A stretch of DNA of 64,000 nt, taken from the NCBI GenBank assembly GCA_038087875.1, contig CM076001.1, forward strand, positions 808,001-872,000, written 5' to 3'. Below, in pieces: positions 40,169 through 52,274 of this stretch (positions are counted from its first letter, which is position 1; each line of letters starts with the position of its first letter). The position numbers were made by a program, and so were the translations under genes. The notes below the pieces were generated by a model. The model saw only the letters and a list, made by a program, of their open reading frames with translations. It had not been told where the DNA came from and did not search any database. The stretch comes from Malacoraja senta. Its lineage: Eukaryota.

Positions 40169-41174
40169 CAGTGACATGCGGTGAGGTCAATGGCTGGGGA
40201 GGCACTGGCTAGTATCAGAGCCAGATTTACACACATATGAACCCGATAGAGGTAGCTTAAATTCACCATTCAATTGGCAGGTTGCACAATGACTATTGGT
40301 TAAGCGACCGCATGTTTCATATTAGCATTCTTTACAACACACGCATACAGGTAAGTTACGTATTCCATTCAAGTTTTATAGGCAAATGCAGTTCCACTAT
40401 TCATACTAATTCAACACAAATGAAAATAAATATTGCATGGCCTTACCTTTACTTGTAAATGAAGTCCATTCGCCTATCCTTCTGGTCTTCCAGCGTTTAT
40501 CACTCCCTGTTTTGATTGAAAGTCCAATTTTGAGAAATTTTTAAGGTTAGATATAACGTTTTCCATTTGTGCAGCCGCTGGAAATTGTTTGCTAGAGCTA
40601 GCTAACTTAGAGGGAGAGCGAGCATCAATTACGTGGGCTGAGCCTACGTAATTGACGCTCGCTCTCCCTCCACTGGGCTCAAGACACGCCCCCCTCAGTG
40701 AGGCAGATGTGATCGCTGCCTCCCCTGGTGCTTTTTCATTGCAGTTTTATGATGTGACCAGCGAGCCTAAATATCTTTATACGTGAAATAAGTTACCTGG
40801 ACTATGGAAGGCAAGGACATGTAATGAAGGGGTCTACAAACATTACATTGGTGACATACAGAGAGATAGTAACAGGCACACGCTTATTGCCCGCGCTCCA
40901 TCCAGTTTCTGAGAGGTTGCGCAATCAGAGGGGAGGCTCAGCTCGTCACTGCCTCACCTCTCATCTCTCCTTGTATTTGCAGCAGAGCTCCGTAAATTTG
41001 GCGATTTCTACTATAAAAAATTATTGGAATCATACAGAAATGACATTTATAACACAGATCAGTGGAAAAATCGTTATATTTTATTTTATTATTATTTTTC
41101 TTTACTTTTCGTAACAGCTATTTTCATTGGAGTATGACAGGTGAGGCTCTGCCTCCCCTGACCACTCATCCCTG
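40169..41174 (-). mobile_element. Non-autonomous hAT transposon (~1006 bp), probable internal-deletion derivative
   Basis: Left end CAGTGACATGCGGTGAGG; right end CCTGACCACTCATCCCTG (imperfect TIR). 8-bp TSD TTCTACAG (40161-40168) / TTCCACAG (41175-41182). Transposase-like remnant at 40449-40566. Confidence 0.82.
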
Positions 41175-42082
41175 TTCCACAGAAGCGCCTTAGAAAGCAT
41201 TTTATCGGGATGCATCATAGCATGGTTTGGGAACAGCTCCATCCAAGACCGCAAGAAATTGCAGAGAATCACACAAACCAGCCTCCCTTCCATTGACTCC
41301 ATTTACACTACACGCTGCCTCGGCAAGGCTACCAGCATAATCAAGGATGAGTCTCACCCTGGTCACTCCCTCTTCTCTCCGCTCCCGTCAGGCAAGTGGT
41401 ACAGAAGTGTTAAACGCACACCACCAGATTCAGGGACAGTTTCTTCCCAGCTATTATCAGGCAACTGAACCATCCTATCAACAACTAGAGAGTGGTCCTG
41501 AGCTGTTATCTATCTTACTGAAGACTATTGGACTATCTTTAATCAGACTTTACTGGACTTTAACTTGCATTTTACTTCGGAGTCACGTGAGTGACTACGT
41601 GAAGAACCCCGTCAGGACGCATGCGCGTCATTACGTCTGACGCATTGGCGACAACGGCAGCAGGAGCACGGAGCTCTTGCTGCAGGTGAGTAATTACAGC
41701 TCCACCAAAGTCGGGGAGACTTTGGAGGAGTTAGAAAAAAGTAAGAAAGTGTTTCTGTGTTCTTTTTTCCACACATACAGGAACAAGGAAAAGGTGCAGG
41801 TCTGTTGCCGACAAGGAGAGAGAGAGCTGCGGGAGCGCAGTTTCTGAAAGGCAGCCTGTCACCTCTGGGGAGTCGCAAACCGGTAGCGGTGCGGCGACAG
41901 ACTTGGCAAAGTGCCCAGCCGGGTACACAGCCAACGCCAGTCGGGCGGTCGGCATAACCCAAGTCTGTAAGGGCTATAGACTCCGCAGAGTCGGGCCACG
42001 AGAGTCCCGTCGGGGACAGGATACCGTTCCCCAGCGGTTATCCAAAAGGAGCAGCTCATACAGGGGCTGCTCCACAGAGACG

Positions 42083-42327
42083 CTCCAGGAGGAGTAGTGC
42101 AGGCGGGAAGCCATAGGGAAGGCTCCTCTGGCAGTGCCTAGGAGAGGTCTGCTTCATAAAGCCATACTCCAGGAGGAGTTGTGCAGGCGGGAAGCCTTAG
42201 GGAAGGCTCCGCTGGCAGTGCCTAGGAGAGGTCTGCTTCATAAAGCCATACTCCAGGAGTAGTTGTGCAGGCGGGATGCCGTGGGGACGGCTCCGCTGGC
42301 AGTGCCTAGTAGAGGCCTGCTTGAAAG
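42083..42327. repeat. 84-bp tandem repeat, ~3 copies, in the DIRS gag region
   Basis: CTCCAGGAG starts at 42083, 42167 and 42251. Confidence 0.9.
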
Positions 42328-43139
42328 CACCCTCTTTGCAAGAGGTGAGTGCAGAAGGGTAGATACGCTCTGACCCTGAGTCCGACGACTTCCAAAGGGA
42401 GGGCAGGCAGCTGTCAGAGCTGACACCGTGTGCAGCACGGTTTGCCATGTCGTCGGACGCTGGTGAGCCTCTGGGTGAGGAACTTGCCACCAGCATAAAT
42501 TACCAAGTCTCACATCAGCTACAGGAGCTGACAATGGATGAGACAGTAACGAAGTATGAAGCCCCAATCAACTGTGGACTGTTAAATGTTCCTGTTGGGA
42601 ACAGGAAGAATTGGGGCAAGATGGGCATACTAATGAAAGCCCAGGAGCATGTGAAGCTCCAGCATATTTTTAAAGTTGCTGGCATCTGGTATAACGAGCT
42701 TTGCCAGGATGATGGATGGAGAGGCCATGATAAATTACAACAAAAGGCGCTATTGTGGAGTGCCCACTTTGAGATCAACCGCCTCCGCAAGATGCGATTA
42801 GACCAACCATCAATGCTAAATATGCTTCACTCTGCCAGCCTGGCACAATGCAACCGGCACAGCTGTTTGGCGAGGATTTCGCACAGCAGGTGAAGGAGCT
42901 GGAGGAGGAGGCTAAGACGGCAGGCACATATTCACCAAAGCGGAAGTATCCCTATAAGGGAGCAGACTGGTCCGGGCAAGGGACGAGTCCAGCTATGATG
43001 CAGCGCAGTTGGCGTTCGGCTGTAGCACCGCCACGGAGGTGAGATATCCAGCTCAAGGCCGGGGAAGAATGCCAGGTGGTAAGGAGGTAAGAGGGTCTGG
43101 TTCTCATGTAGACAGATCTAATGTGATACAATTAAATGT

Positions 43140-44130
43140 TTACCTCAGATATGTTTATACTGAAGGTTTAAAATTCAGCTGGATGGGGCAATTATGCCAA
43201 TACAATCCACTGCCTAATGGTTTCTCTTCAGCTCCTAGAGGGATTACAAAGTTGTTAAAACCTATTCTAGGCATGATGAGAAGTCAAGGTCATGTCCTCA
43301 TGGCTTAGCTAGATAATATCTTGATTGTAGGACAATCAAAGGAAACAGCTGAAGCATCAGTGGCAGTTGGTAAAAACCATTTTTTAATTGGGCTTTATAA
43401 GCTATCCAGAGAAATCTAAATTTATACCTGTGACACAAATTGACTAGTTGGGTTCACAATGGTCTTAATCAACATCATTGTGACCTTGCCCAGGCAAAAA
43501 AGGGTAGAGCTAATTAAGAGCTATATCAAGTTAATTGCTGACACACAGCCTTCAATTAGCCAGGTGACAAGTCTGCTGTGGTAATGGCTGGCAGCATTTC
43601 CAGCAGTTCAATATGGCCACTTTATTATCTACAATTACAAAGGTCAAAGGAACAAGCATTGAGGATATATTGGGGTCATTATAATAGACCTATGCTATCA
43701 ATAGAGGCTGTTGCTGATGTACAATGGTGGATTCAGCATGTGTGCACTAGTAGTTCCAAAGTGTTATTGGACCAAGCTTCCATGATTTGCAGACAGATGT
43801 CAGAGCACTTGGGTAGGGTGCTACTGATACAAGATCCAGCGGTGGAGACAGATGAACATTGCTTCTGCAAACATGGGGAATTAACCAAGAGTATTTTATG
43901 GACTCAAGGCTTATGGCACTAACTAAACTAGTTTGCATGTGCAGTGCAAAATAGACAACACTACAGCAGTTGCTGATATGAATCACATGGGTGGAATCAA
44001 ATCGTTATCATGTGACAGGTTGGCAAATACAATTGGACCTGGAGTAGGGATAGAGAGATTTGGATTGGAGCTATCTATCTGCCAGGGAAACTTAATGTAG
44101 TACCAGATGGCAGCTCATGAAAATTCCATC
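43140..44130 (+). pseudogene. DIRS RT/RNase H remnant
   Basis: LKFSWMGQLCQYNPLPNGFSSAPRGITKLLKP...*LDNIL (decayed YLDD), IDNTTAVADMNHMGG and YLPGKLNV. Multiple stops and frameshifts; the N-terminal RT appears deleted. Confidence 0.85.
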
Positions 44131-44182
44131 ATAACACAGAGTGGATGTGGAACCAGGATGTGTTCAAGAACATAGTACTTCT

Positions 44183-44828
44183 TCCAGAACTAAATGTGTT
44201 TCAAAATAAATTAATGGACTATGGGTTAATAACTGGAAAAAAGCTAATTCTAAAATTTTGGAAGAAGGCTCCAATACCAACTATAAATATGTGGATTTCA
44301 AATATGTTTGAAACATTACACCTAGAAGAGATAAGACTCCTCCTAACAGGTAAACAAGATCACTTCCACCTGACGTGGTCTGCATTTATAGAATTATTAC
44401 AAACATAGGGTGCAAAAGTACTTTAAAAAAATAAAAAATTGAGGTCAGGTAAGGGGGGATGATAGTTGAAGAGTTGGTATGTCCTATTTACGTGATGCTC
44501 AAAAAAAAACCATTTGTTTCTCTTTTTTTCTTTTTCTCTTTTCTTTTCTTAGGGCCTATTTCTTAACTCTTTTTCTTTTTGTTTTTAATTTCGCTCTTAT
44601 AGGGTCTTCGTCCTTTTTTGTTGTTACATTTTCTACACTTTTCTACACTTGCACTTTTTCCTTCACTTTCTTCTTTCTTTCAATCTTTTCTTTTTCTAGT
44701 GTAAAAAAAATAAATAAAGGGAGTACATTAATTGTAAGAAGATATAAATGACGAGTATTAATGTATGTGGTTGTAATGTAATGTACTTCTAATAAATAAA
44801 AATAAAAAAAAATAAAAAAATAAAAAAA
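44183..44828 (+). mobile_element. 5'-truncated L1 (same family as 3947-5690) inserted in the DIRS
   Basis: Near-identical to about 5057-5690, with poly-A tail. 17-bp TSD AAGAACATAGTACTTCT at 44166-44182 and 44829-44845. Confidence 0.95.
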
Positions 44829-44845
44829 AAGAACATAGTACTTCT

Positions 44846-45075
44846 ATATGGAAGGCCAAAATATGTTTCATAGGCACCAGATCCAGGGGCAGTGGCAATT
44901 GATGTTTTTTCACTAAATTGGGATGATATGTTTGTGTACATTTTCCCACCATTCTGCCTCATAGGTCGGTGTTTTGCGAAAATCAAGCAGGATGCCGCTT
45001 CAGGGGTTTTGGTGATACCAAATTGCCTGATTCAACCATGGTTCCCTTTGATGTTACAGATAGCGATCCAACCTC
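44846..45075 (+). pseudogene. DIRS N6-adenine methyltransferase-like domain remnant
   Basis: PDPGAVAIDVFSLNW...YIFPPFCLI...LVIP...QPWFP, located between RNase H and YR as in methyltransferase-bearing DIRS1 elements. Confidence 0.75.
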
Positions 45076-45079
45076 TTTT

Positions 45080-46015
45080 TGCTGATTCCAAACACTGCAG
45101 CCTGGAGAAACAGTACTCAAAAACAGTATATGACGTATGGAAAAAAAAAAAAAAATGGGAACAATATTGTGTTCAAAAGAATATTCAATATGATACTGTA
45201 GTTATTGAAAATGTGTTAGAGTTTATCTACACTTTATTATGATGAGGGTCTTAGCTATACTGCTATCAATACAGCTAGAAGTGCTTGGTCGGCATATCTT
45301 GTAATAGGTACACGGACACAAAGTATAGGTTCTCACCCTCTCATATCTAGGTTGATGAAAGGAATCTTTAATTCCAAACCGCCTAAGCCTAGGTATATGG
45401 TAATCTGCGAGGTAAGTGTTGTTCGTAACATACTTCGTCATTGGGTCCCTGTCACGTCTATAACTTTGTTAAAATTAACCATGAAATTGGCTATTGGTGT
45501 CAGTACAGAGAGTGCAGACTTTCCAAAAACTTCAGTTCGAGAGAATGGAAGTGAATACAGAGAATGTTCTGTTTTATATTTCTGACCTGCTCAAACAAAG
45601 CAGGCCAGGTGTGACAGGTTTTAAGATTGTGTTCTCAGCATATCCTACAGCTCCATGTTTATGTGTAAGGGCACATTTGTTACATTACATTGAAGCCACA
45701 AGGGCTTTAAGACAAGAAGAAACAGGATTATTTCTCAGTTACAAGAAGCCAACATAAAAGAGTGGCAGTTCAGACTTTCTCAAGGTGGTTAAAGCAAGAG
45801 TTGGTTCAGGCAGGAATTAACATTTATGTGTTTACATCTCATTCCACTAGCGCAGTAGCAACATCCGCGGCCAGGGCGATGGACGTTCCCATCGACCATA
45901 TATTAAAAGCCGCAGGTTGGAAAAATGAACTTGTGTTTCAGTAATACTACCATCGGCCGATTGCCGATGGAGGGCTGTTTGCCAACTCAATATTGAGTGC
46001 TGTTGCTATTGTTTA
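45080..46015 (+). pseudogene. DIRS tyrosine recombinase remnant
   Basis: LSYTAINTARSA, HPLISRLMKGIFNSKPPKPRY, QRVQT, LKQSRPG, HSTSAVATS (HSTR decayed) and AGW; broken by stops and frameshifts. Confidence 0.88.
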
Positions 46016-48138
46016 AAGTCTGTTTTCAATACTGTTTCATTCTGTTTCGTTTGTTGCCCTACATTAAGAGGGTTTATTGATTGTTTTATGACCAAAAATA
46101 AAACTGTTTTGTTTTTGCATGATATGCAATGTCATGTTTACAGCATTATTGATGATACTCAGAGTCAATCGATGCAGTGAGAAGCCGGGATTTTGATCTG
46201 CGGCATAAAAATCACAGAGCTTTAAAATCTTCACGTAGTCACTCACGTGACTCCGAAGTAAAATAGTAAGATTAAACGAGAACTTACCAGTTTGAAGTTT
46301 GATCTTTATTTTATGAGGAGTTACGTTGGTGATTACGTGCCCGCCACGCCCAACCCTCTCTCATAGAAAAAAGGTCATAATGGTAGTTCTCATGTTGATC
46401 ATCTTAATATGTTACTTCAATTATGGTGTTGTCTGTGATTTCATACCGCTGCTTTGAAGATTGACGCGCATGCGCCCTGACGGGGTTCTTCACGTAATCA
46501 CCAACGTAACTCCTCATAAAATAAAGATCAAACTTCAAACTGGTAAGTTCTCATTTAATCTTACTATTAAATGTTATTCCCTTTATCATGTATCTGTACA
46601 CTGTGGATGGCTCGATTGAAATCGTGTTTAGTCATTCTGCTGACTAGTTAGCACACAACAAATGGTACATGTGACAACAAACGAAACTAAACTAAACCAA
46701 TGCCCTTTGCACCACTTGCTTTTTTCTGACATGCTCCTTGACTTTCAGCTTAGCTTACAATTATTCTACAAAAAGTTTGCAGGAAATATAATTGTTTGGA
46801 GCTTTTTGTTGGGTTTTAGTACTTGTCATAGCAACCAAAGGGAGTTCTCACTATATTTCAAGTATTCAACTCTAACTGCAACTGAGAAAAAGAAACCAAA
46901 TCCCTGTTGCATCTAGTTATGCCAACACATACCATCACTCAATTTTCCATCTCATGAATAACAACACAGGCATCAGGAGACAGAGCACAAAGAGATGAAG
47001 GAGCAGCTGGCAATAAGCAAGGAAGATTCTTTCTGCATAAGAAGTTCAGATGTTTGGCCTGAAGTTCGAGCTTCTCAGTCCTATAGGATCTCCTCTTTAA
47101 AAGATGGGAAAACATATGAAAGTACTGCAGGAAATATTGCTACATTTGGCTGAGCCCACCACTTATGAGGCTTGCATTCTATTGGATAAGCAAGATAAAA
47201 CAATGTAGATAATTTTTATTCATGACAGGGTTGTGGAAGCAGACTCAATAATAATAACAAATAATAATATCCTGAAGGGAAAGTGACATAGGCTTGAAGG
47301 GAATAACATTCAGAGCAATGAGGAAAGTGTAGAAGAGTGATAACATTTGAATAATAATAGAAGGACTAACAGCGACAGCTGCAACATGACTTGTAGTCAA
47401 TGTGATGAATGATAAAGGCAAGCATGCCCTCTGCCTTCTTTACCACTCCATCTACTTCTGTTGCCATGTTCTCGGAGCTATGGCCTTAGACCCCAAGATT
47501 CCTCTGTACATCAATGCTGTTAAGAGTCTTGCCATTAACTGTGTATTTTCCCCTTACATCGACCTCCCAAAGTGCAACACCGTACACATGCTTGGATTAA
47601 TCTCCATGCCCGTCTTACTCGGAAGTTATTATTCGTCCTTAATTGCCTCCTGAACTGAGATGCTTGCTAGGCCATTTCAGAAGCTAGTTTATTTGCCACA
47701 TGGGTTTTGTTTTCTGTGTCATGAAGTGAACCAGATGTATTTTCACGATTTGCCAATGGATATCATCGTGTTTTTTTGTTATGTCAGATATGCATAATTA
47801 ATTGAATTTAATTGCAATGGTCTGGGCCACTGGGAAATAATCCTGTAATTTAACCACTGAGCATCCCATGATGATAATTTGAGGGCGGTTCGGTTTTAGT
47901 TCCCTGTAATGTGGCCCAGTTTATAGAAGTAGACTACAGAGTTGCAGCACATCTTGCAGGCCACGAATTCAGAATCTTGGAAAATGTAATCAATTACAGA
48001 GTCAATCCAAGTCAAGAACTTCTTATGCAGAAAGAATTCTTAATGAATATGCCAGAAGTGTTTGGAGATATTGGAATTCTGATGTTTCTCTTCATTTAGT
48101 TAAAATCAGTTCAAACCATCAGACTGTCTGGATACTAT

Positions 48139-49492
48139 GGTAGACAAAAGTACTGGAGAAACTCAGAGGGTGCAGCAGCATCTATGGAGCGAAGGAAATA
48201 GGCGATGTTTCGGGCTGAAACCCTTCTTCAGACTGATATAGGGTGGGGGGGAGAAGAAAGGAGAAAGGAAGAGGAGGAGCCCGACGGCTCAGGGAGAGCT
48301 GAGAAGAGGAAGAGACAGCAAGGGCTACCGGAAATTGGAGAAGTCAATGTTTATGCAGCTAGGGTGCAAACTGCCCAAGCGGAATATGAGGTGCTGCTCC
48401 TCCAATTTCCGGTGGTGCTCACTCTGGCCATGGAGGAGGCCCAGGACAGAAAGGTTGGATTCGGAATGGGAGGGGGTGTTGAAGTGCTGAGCCACCGGGA
48501 GATCAGGTTGGTTAATGTGGACCGAGCGGAGGTGTTCGGCGAAACGATCGCCAAGCCTACGCTTGGTCTCACCGATGTAGATCAGCTGACATCTAGAGCA
48601 GAGGATGCAATAGATGAGGTTGGACCTCTGTCGCACCTGGAACAACTACTTGGGTCCTTGAATGGAGTCGAGGGGGGAGGTAAAGCGACAAGTGTAGCAT
48701 CTCTTGCGGTTGCAAGGGAAAGTGCCCAGGGAGGGGGTGGTGCGGGAGGGAAGAGAAGAATTGACCAGGGAGTTACAGAGGGAGTGGTCATTGCGGAAAG
48801 CAGACAGGGGGGGAGATGGGAAGATGTGGCGAGTGGTGGGGTCACGTTGGAGGTGGCGAAAATGACGGAGGACTATTTGTTGTATGTGACGGCTAGTGGG
48901 GTGAAAGGTGAGGACTAGGGGGATTCTGCCCTTGTTACGAGTGGGGGGATGGGGAGAGAGAGCAGTGTTATGGGGTATTGAAGAGACCCTGGTGAGAGCC
49001 TCATCTATAGTAGGGGAGGGGAACCCCCGTTCCCTGAAGAATGAGGACATTTTCGATAACCTGGTGTGGAACGCCTCATCCTGGGAGCAGATGCAGCATA
49101 GACGGAGGAATTGGGAGTAGGGTTTGGAGTCCTTACAGGAAGCAGGATGGGAAGAAGTGTAGTCTAGATAGCTATGGAAGTCAGTGGGTTTATAGTGGAT
49201 GTCGGTCAGAAGTCTATCACCTGCGATGGAGCTAGTGAGGTCAAGAAATGGTAGGGAATTGTCGGAAATGGTCCAGGTGTATTTGAGTGCCGGATGGAAG
49301 TTAGTGGTGAAGCGGATGAAGTCAGTCAGTTGTGTGTGGGTGCAGGAGGTAGCACCAAAGCAATCATCGATGTAGCGGAGGTAGAGGTCGGGGATGGGGC
49401 CCTGGCACGCCTCGAACAAGGATTGTTCGACATACGCTACAAAGAGGCAGGCATAGCTGGGGCCCATGCGCGTGCCCACAGCTACGCCTTGT
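48139..49492 (-). mobile_element. 5'-truncated Penelope-like element (RT C-terminal part, GIY-YIG, pLTR)
   Basis: QGVAVGTRMGPSYACLF...YLRYIDD...LPFLDL...YKPTD and NLIYCILCSRCQLIYIGETKRRLGDRFAEH. One in-frame stop at about 48646. Confidence 0.93.
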
Positions 49493-49732
49493 ATCCAGTC
49501 CATATACATTTGCAAATGTTCAGTGAAACATCCTTTTCTGCAGATTTTGAATTGGAAAAACTTATTTCTGAAGAAGTTGTCCCAATCCTAAACGTTACCC
49601 ATCCATATTCTCCCGAAATGCTGCCTGACCCGCTGAGTTACTCCAGAAATTTTTGTAGACCAGCATCTGCAGTTCTTGTGTCTGAAAAATCTATTTAATT
49701 AAGATATGAGAAAAAGCCATTATAATAGTCAT

Positions 49733-49900
49733 ATTTAAGAAAGAACTGCAGATGCTGGAAAAATCAACGGTAGACAAAAATGCTGAAGAAACTCAGCAGG
49801 TCAGGCAGCATCTGTGGAGAAGGAATAGGCGACGTTTCGGGTCGAGACCCTTCTTCAGATGGTGCCTCATCCGCTGAGTTTCTCCAGCATTTTTGTCTAC
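49733..49900. mobile_element. Fold-back Penelope pLTR mini-insertion with 15-bp TSD
   Basis: Inverted arms GTAGACAAAAATGCTG...CAGCATTTTTGTCTAC. TSD CATTATAATAG(T/C)CAT at 49718-49732 and 49901-49915. Confidence 0.82.
49831..49858 (-). ncRNA. Minimal hammerhead ribozyme core (Penelope pLTR)
   Basis: Minus strand CUGAAGA-A-GGGU(CUCG)ACCC-GAAAC-GUC. Helix I partner not evident in this copy. Confidence 0.6.
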
Positions 49901-52274
49901 CATTATAATAGCCATGATGACTCAATAATAAATTATTGCCATGCTCTATCTGTGCATTACGAAGCTTGATATAATATGGTAGTTCCTTCAGTCACACATT
50001 GCAGCTAAAATGTTACTTCCTAACTCTAAAGTGCCCCCTTGTGGATAAAACTATTTAATGTGTAAATTGTCATTCTGTTCAGAAGCTCTCTTCACTTCAA
50101 AATGGATCTATGGAAAGTGATTTCAGATTTAGTACCGGCACTGAATTAGAATGTATGATTCCCTTTGGAATTGCATAACCTATCTTCATAGAAGGGGGGG
50201 GAAGATATAATAATATAATTTAATATAATTCTGAATGCAAGTCCAACAAATATGTTTTAAATCTTGAAAATATAATTTGATGAAATTGCTCTAAATAATA
50301 TAATAGGGAATGATTGAAGATAAATTATGCAATACCAATCATCTTGATCCATTGTTGTATTGGACTATTACATACACAAGTCATTCGATCAGTCAGTCTA
50401 ATTCTTAACAATATGTAATACCTTTTTAGCGAGTTTATTTTCAGTCACGCTAGACCAATTACTTACAGAAGGTGAAGAGGTTTTATTACACTGATGAACA
50501 GTGGACATAAAAAGAGCCAGAGGCAAGACTAATTGATTGTCGGATGTGATTGTCTTGCTCGTGCTCCATTCGGCCCTCCAGCCAAGGTTTACCCATTATC
50601 ATGCTGATTATTGTGGCCCAATCAACTGTAGAAATGTGTGGAGAATAAATGGGGATTAGTGTGAATGGGTGCTTGATGGTCAGTTTGGACTCAGTGGGCT
50701 GAAGGGCCTGACTTTGTGCTGTATTACTCAGGACTCTTATCATTTCAAAGCCTTACCACTGAGCATCCTGTGAATGGTGAAAATCCAGAGGCCTCATTCC
50801 CAGGCTGTCCATATGGCCTTTTTGCTGTTATTAAACGCTTTTTGGTTTTGATCTTTTTTCTTCAAAGAAATGAAACACTAAGAATGAATACATTTACTCA
50901 AAACTATCTTTCACCATAAGAAATTAATTAAAATACTTTGTTTAAGTAAAATAGCTTGGTTGAATTTACCTTTACAATAAAGGTCAATAGACATGAATAG
51001 GAAAGGTTTAGAGGGATATGGGCCAAATGTTGGCAATGAGACTAGTGTAGGGGCATTTAGGTCACCATGGGCAAGTTGGGCCAAAGGGCATGTTTCCATG
51101 CTGTTTGACTTGATGACTCTAGGAGCCTATGCAAGTGAATGGGACTATGCCTGGTGTGCCATTCCTGCTGTCGTAGAACTGATGGGCCAGAGCTGAGGTC
51201 AATCTGGTCCCTCAATTCAGGGTATTTGTCCTTGCAGCATCCAGTGAAGGAGCCAAACGGCCAAATCATCATCGCCTCAGCTCCAGCTCGGTCCCAACTC
51301 CACATATCGTGATGCACAAGCACAGAAGTCAGGACCAACACACTCACCCGCACTACTAATGGCTGGTGGTTCTCCATGTACTACATCTGCTAAAAATCAC
51401 TACTAGCGCACGTATTATCAGGATTTCTTCCAGGATCCACTGTCACAGCGAGTGAATCTGGGCCCCAGAAAAAAGGATCTTTAAAATATTAACTCAAGTG
51501 GAGTGAGTTAATTTCAGACTTTCAAAGCTCTGGAGGGAAGGGGCTCTCCTGAAAGGCTCAGAAATTCAGTTTCTCCCATCAAAATCTAAATGTATAGTCT
51601 ACAAGATGGAGTTCCAGTGCGCCTTGTGTTCAGCTCTATCCCAGGACCCCATCAGCTGGAATTAGGGCTTAAGCTCCTCTTTGGCTCTTGGTATTTCTTC
51701 TGTACAGATATATTAGACACTATGGACGGGCATGCACATGCACAATAAAGGTCATGGTGTAACAGAGACTGTCCCAGTCATAGTGACCATCAACAAATTG
51801 GACGGAGCAATAAAATGGACGGCCCTGGTATATGCTTCAACAACAACATCAATGTTATAGATATGAAACATTTATAATGTACTACAATATCCTAAAATGT
51901 TTGAAACAAACATTGGCAAATAATATTCCAGAGGGTGGGTAATGTTGTATCTTTATTCAAGGAGGGCTGCAGAGACAAGCCAAGGAACTACAGGACAGTA
52001 AGCCTGAAAAGAAGGGTGGGTAAGTTACTGGAGCGGATTCTGAGGGTTATGATCTATTAGATAAGCAAGGATTGATTAGGGATAGGTAGGGATTGCAGAT
52101 GCTGGTTTATGCCGAAGATAGACATAAAGTGCTGGAGTAACTCAGCGGATCAGGCAGCATCTTTGGATAGGTGACGTTTGAGGCCCCTTCTTCAGTTTTT
52201 TTGCCTATTTTATTTTGTGTGATAAAGTTTAGTTAATTGGAGGAGTACATCATCTATGTAAATTAAAGATATTA

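Larger units (their letters stand above)
41569..46568 (+). mobile_element. DIRS1-like tyrosine-recombinase retrotransposon; coding regions decayed, termini intact
   Basis: ITR: 41596-41630 is inverted at 46462-46496. ICR 46228-46339 is complementary to the 5' end (41570-41605) and the 3' extension (46491-46568). ATT at both ends. gag, RT, RNase H, methyltransferase and YR remnants occur in order. Confidence 0.95.
41175..46698 (+). mobile_element. Rex1/Babar LINE 3' fragment (41175-41568 plus 46569-46698) hosting the DIRS element
   Basis: ESILSGCIIAWFGN...IIKDESHPGHSLFSPLPSGK. The 3' UTR resumes after the DIRS and ends in an (AAACT)n tail. Confidence 0.85.

Noticed and set aside
44145..44408. 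87-aa ORF as a novel DIRS-L1 fusion gene
   Set aside because: It is a chance in-frame junction at the L1 5' truncation point inside a dead element.
45080..46015. Phage integrase plus Dam methylase suggesting a prophage or bacterial contamination
   Set aside because: Both lie within a DIRS1 retrotransposon with ITR/ICR ends, nested among vertebrate repeats.
48205..48918. 237-aa plus-strand ORF
   Set aside because: It is the antisense frame of the Penelope RT/GIY-YIG sequence.
51238..51400. Possible coding exon after TTGCAG
   Set aside because: Short open frames, no recognisable protein and no clear donor site.
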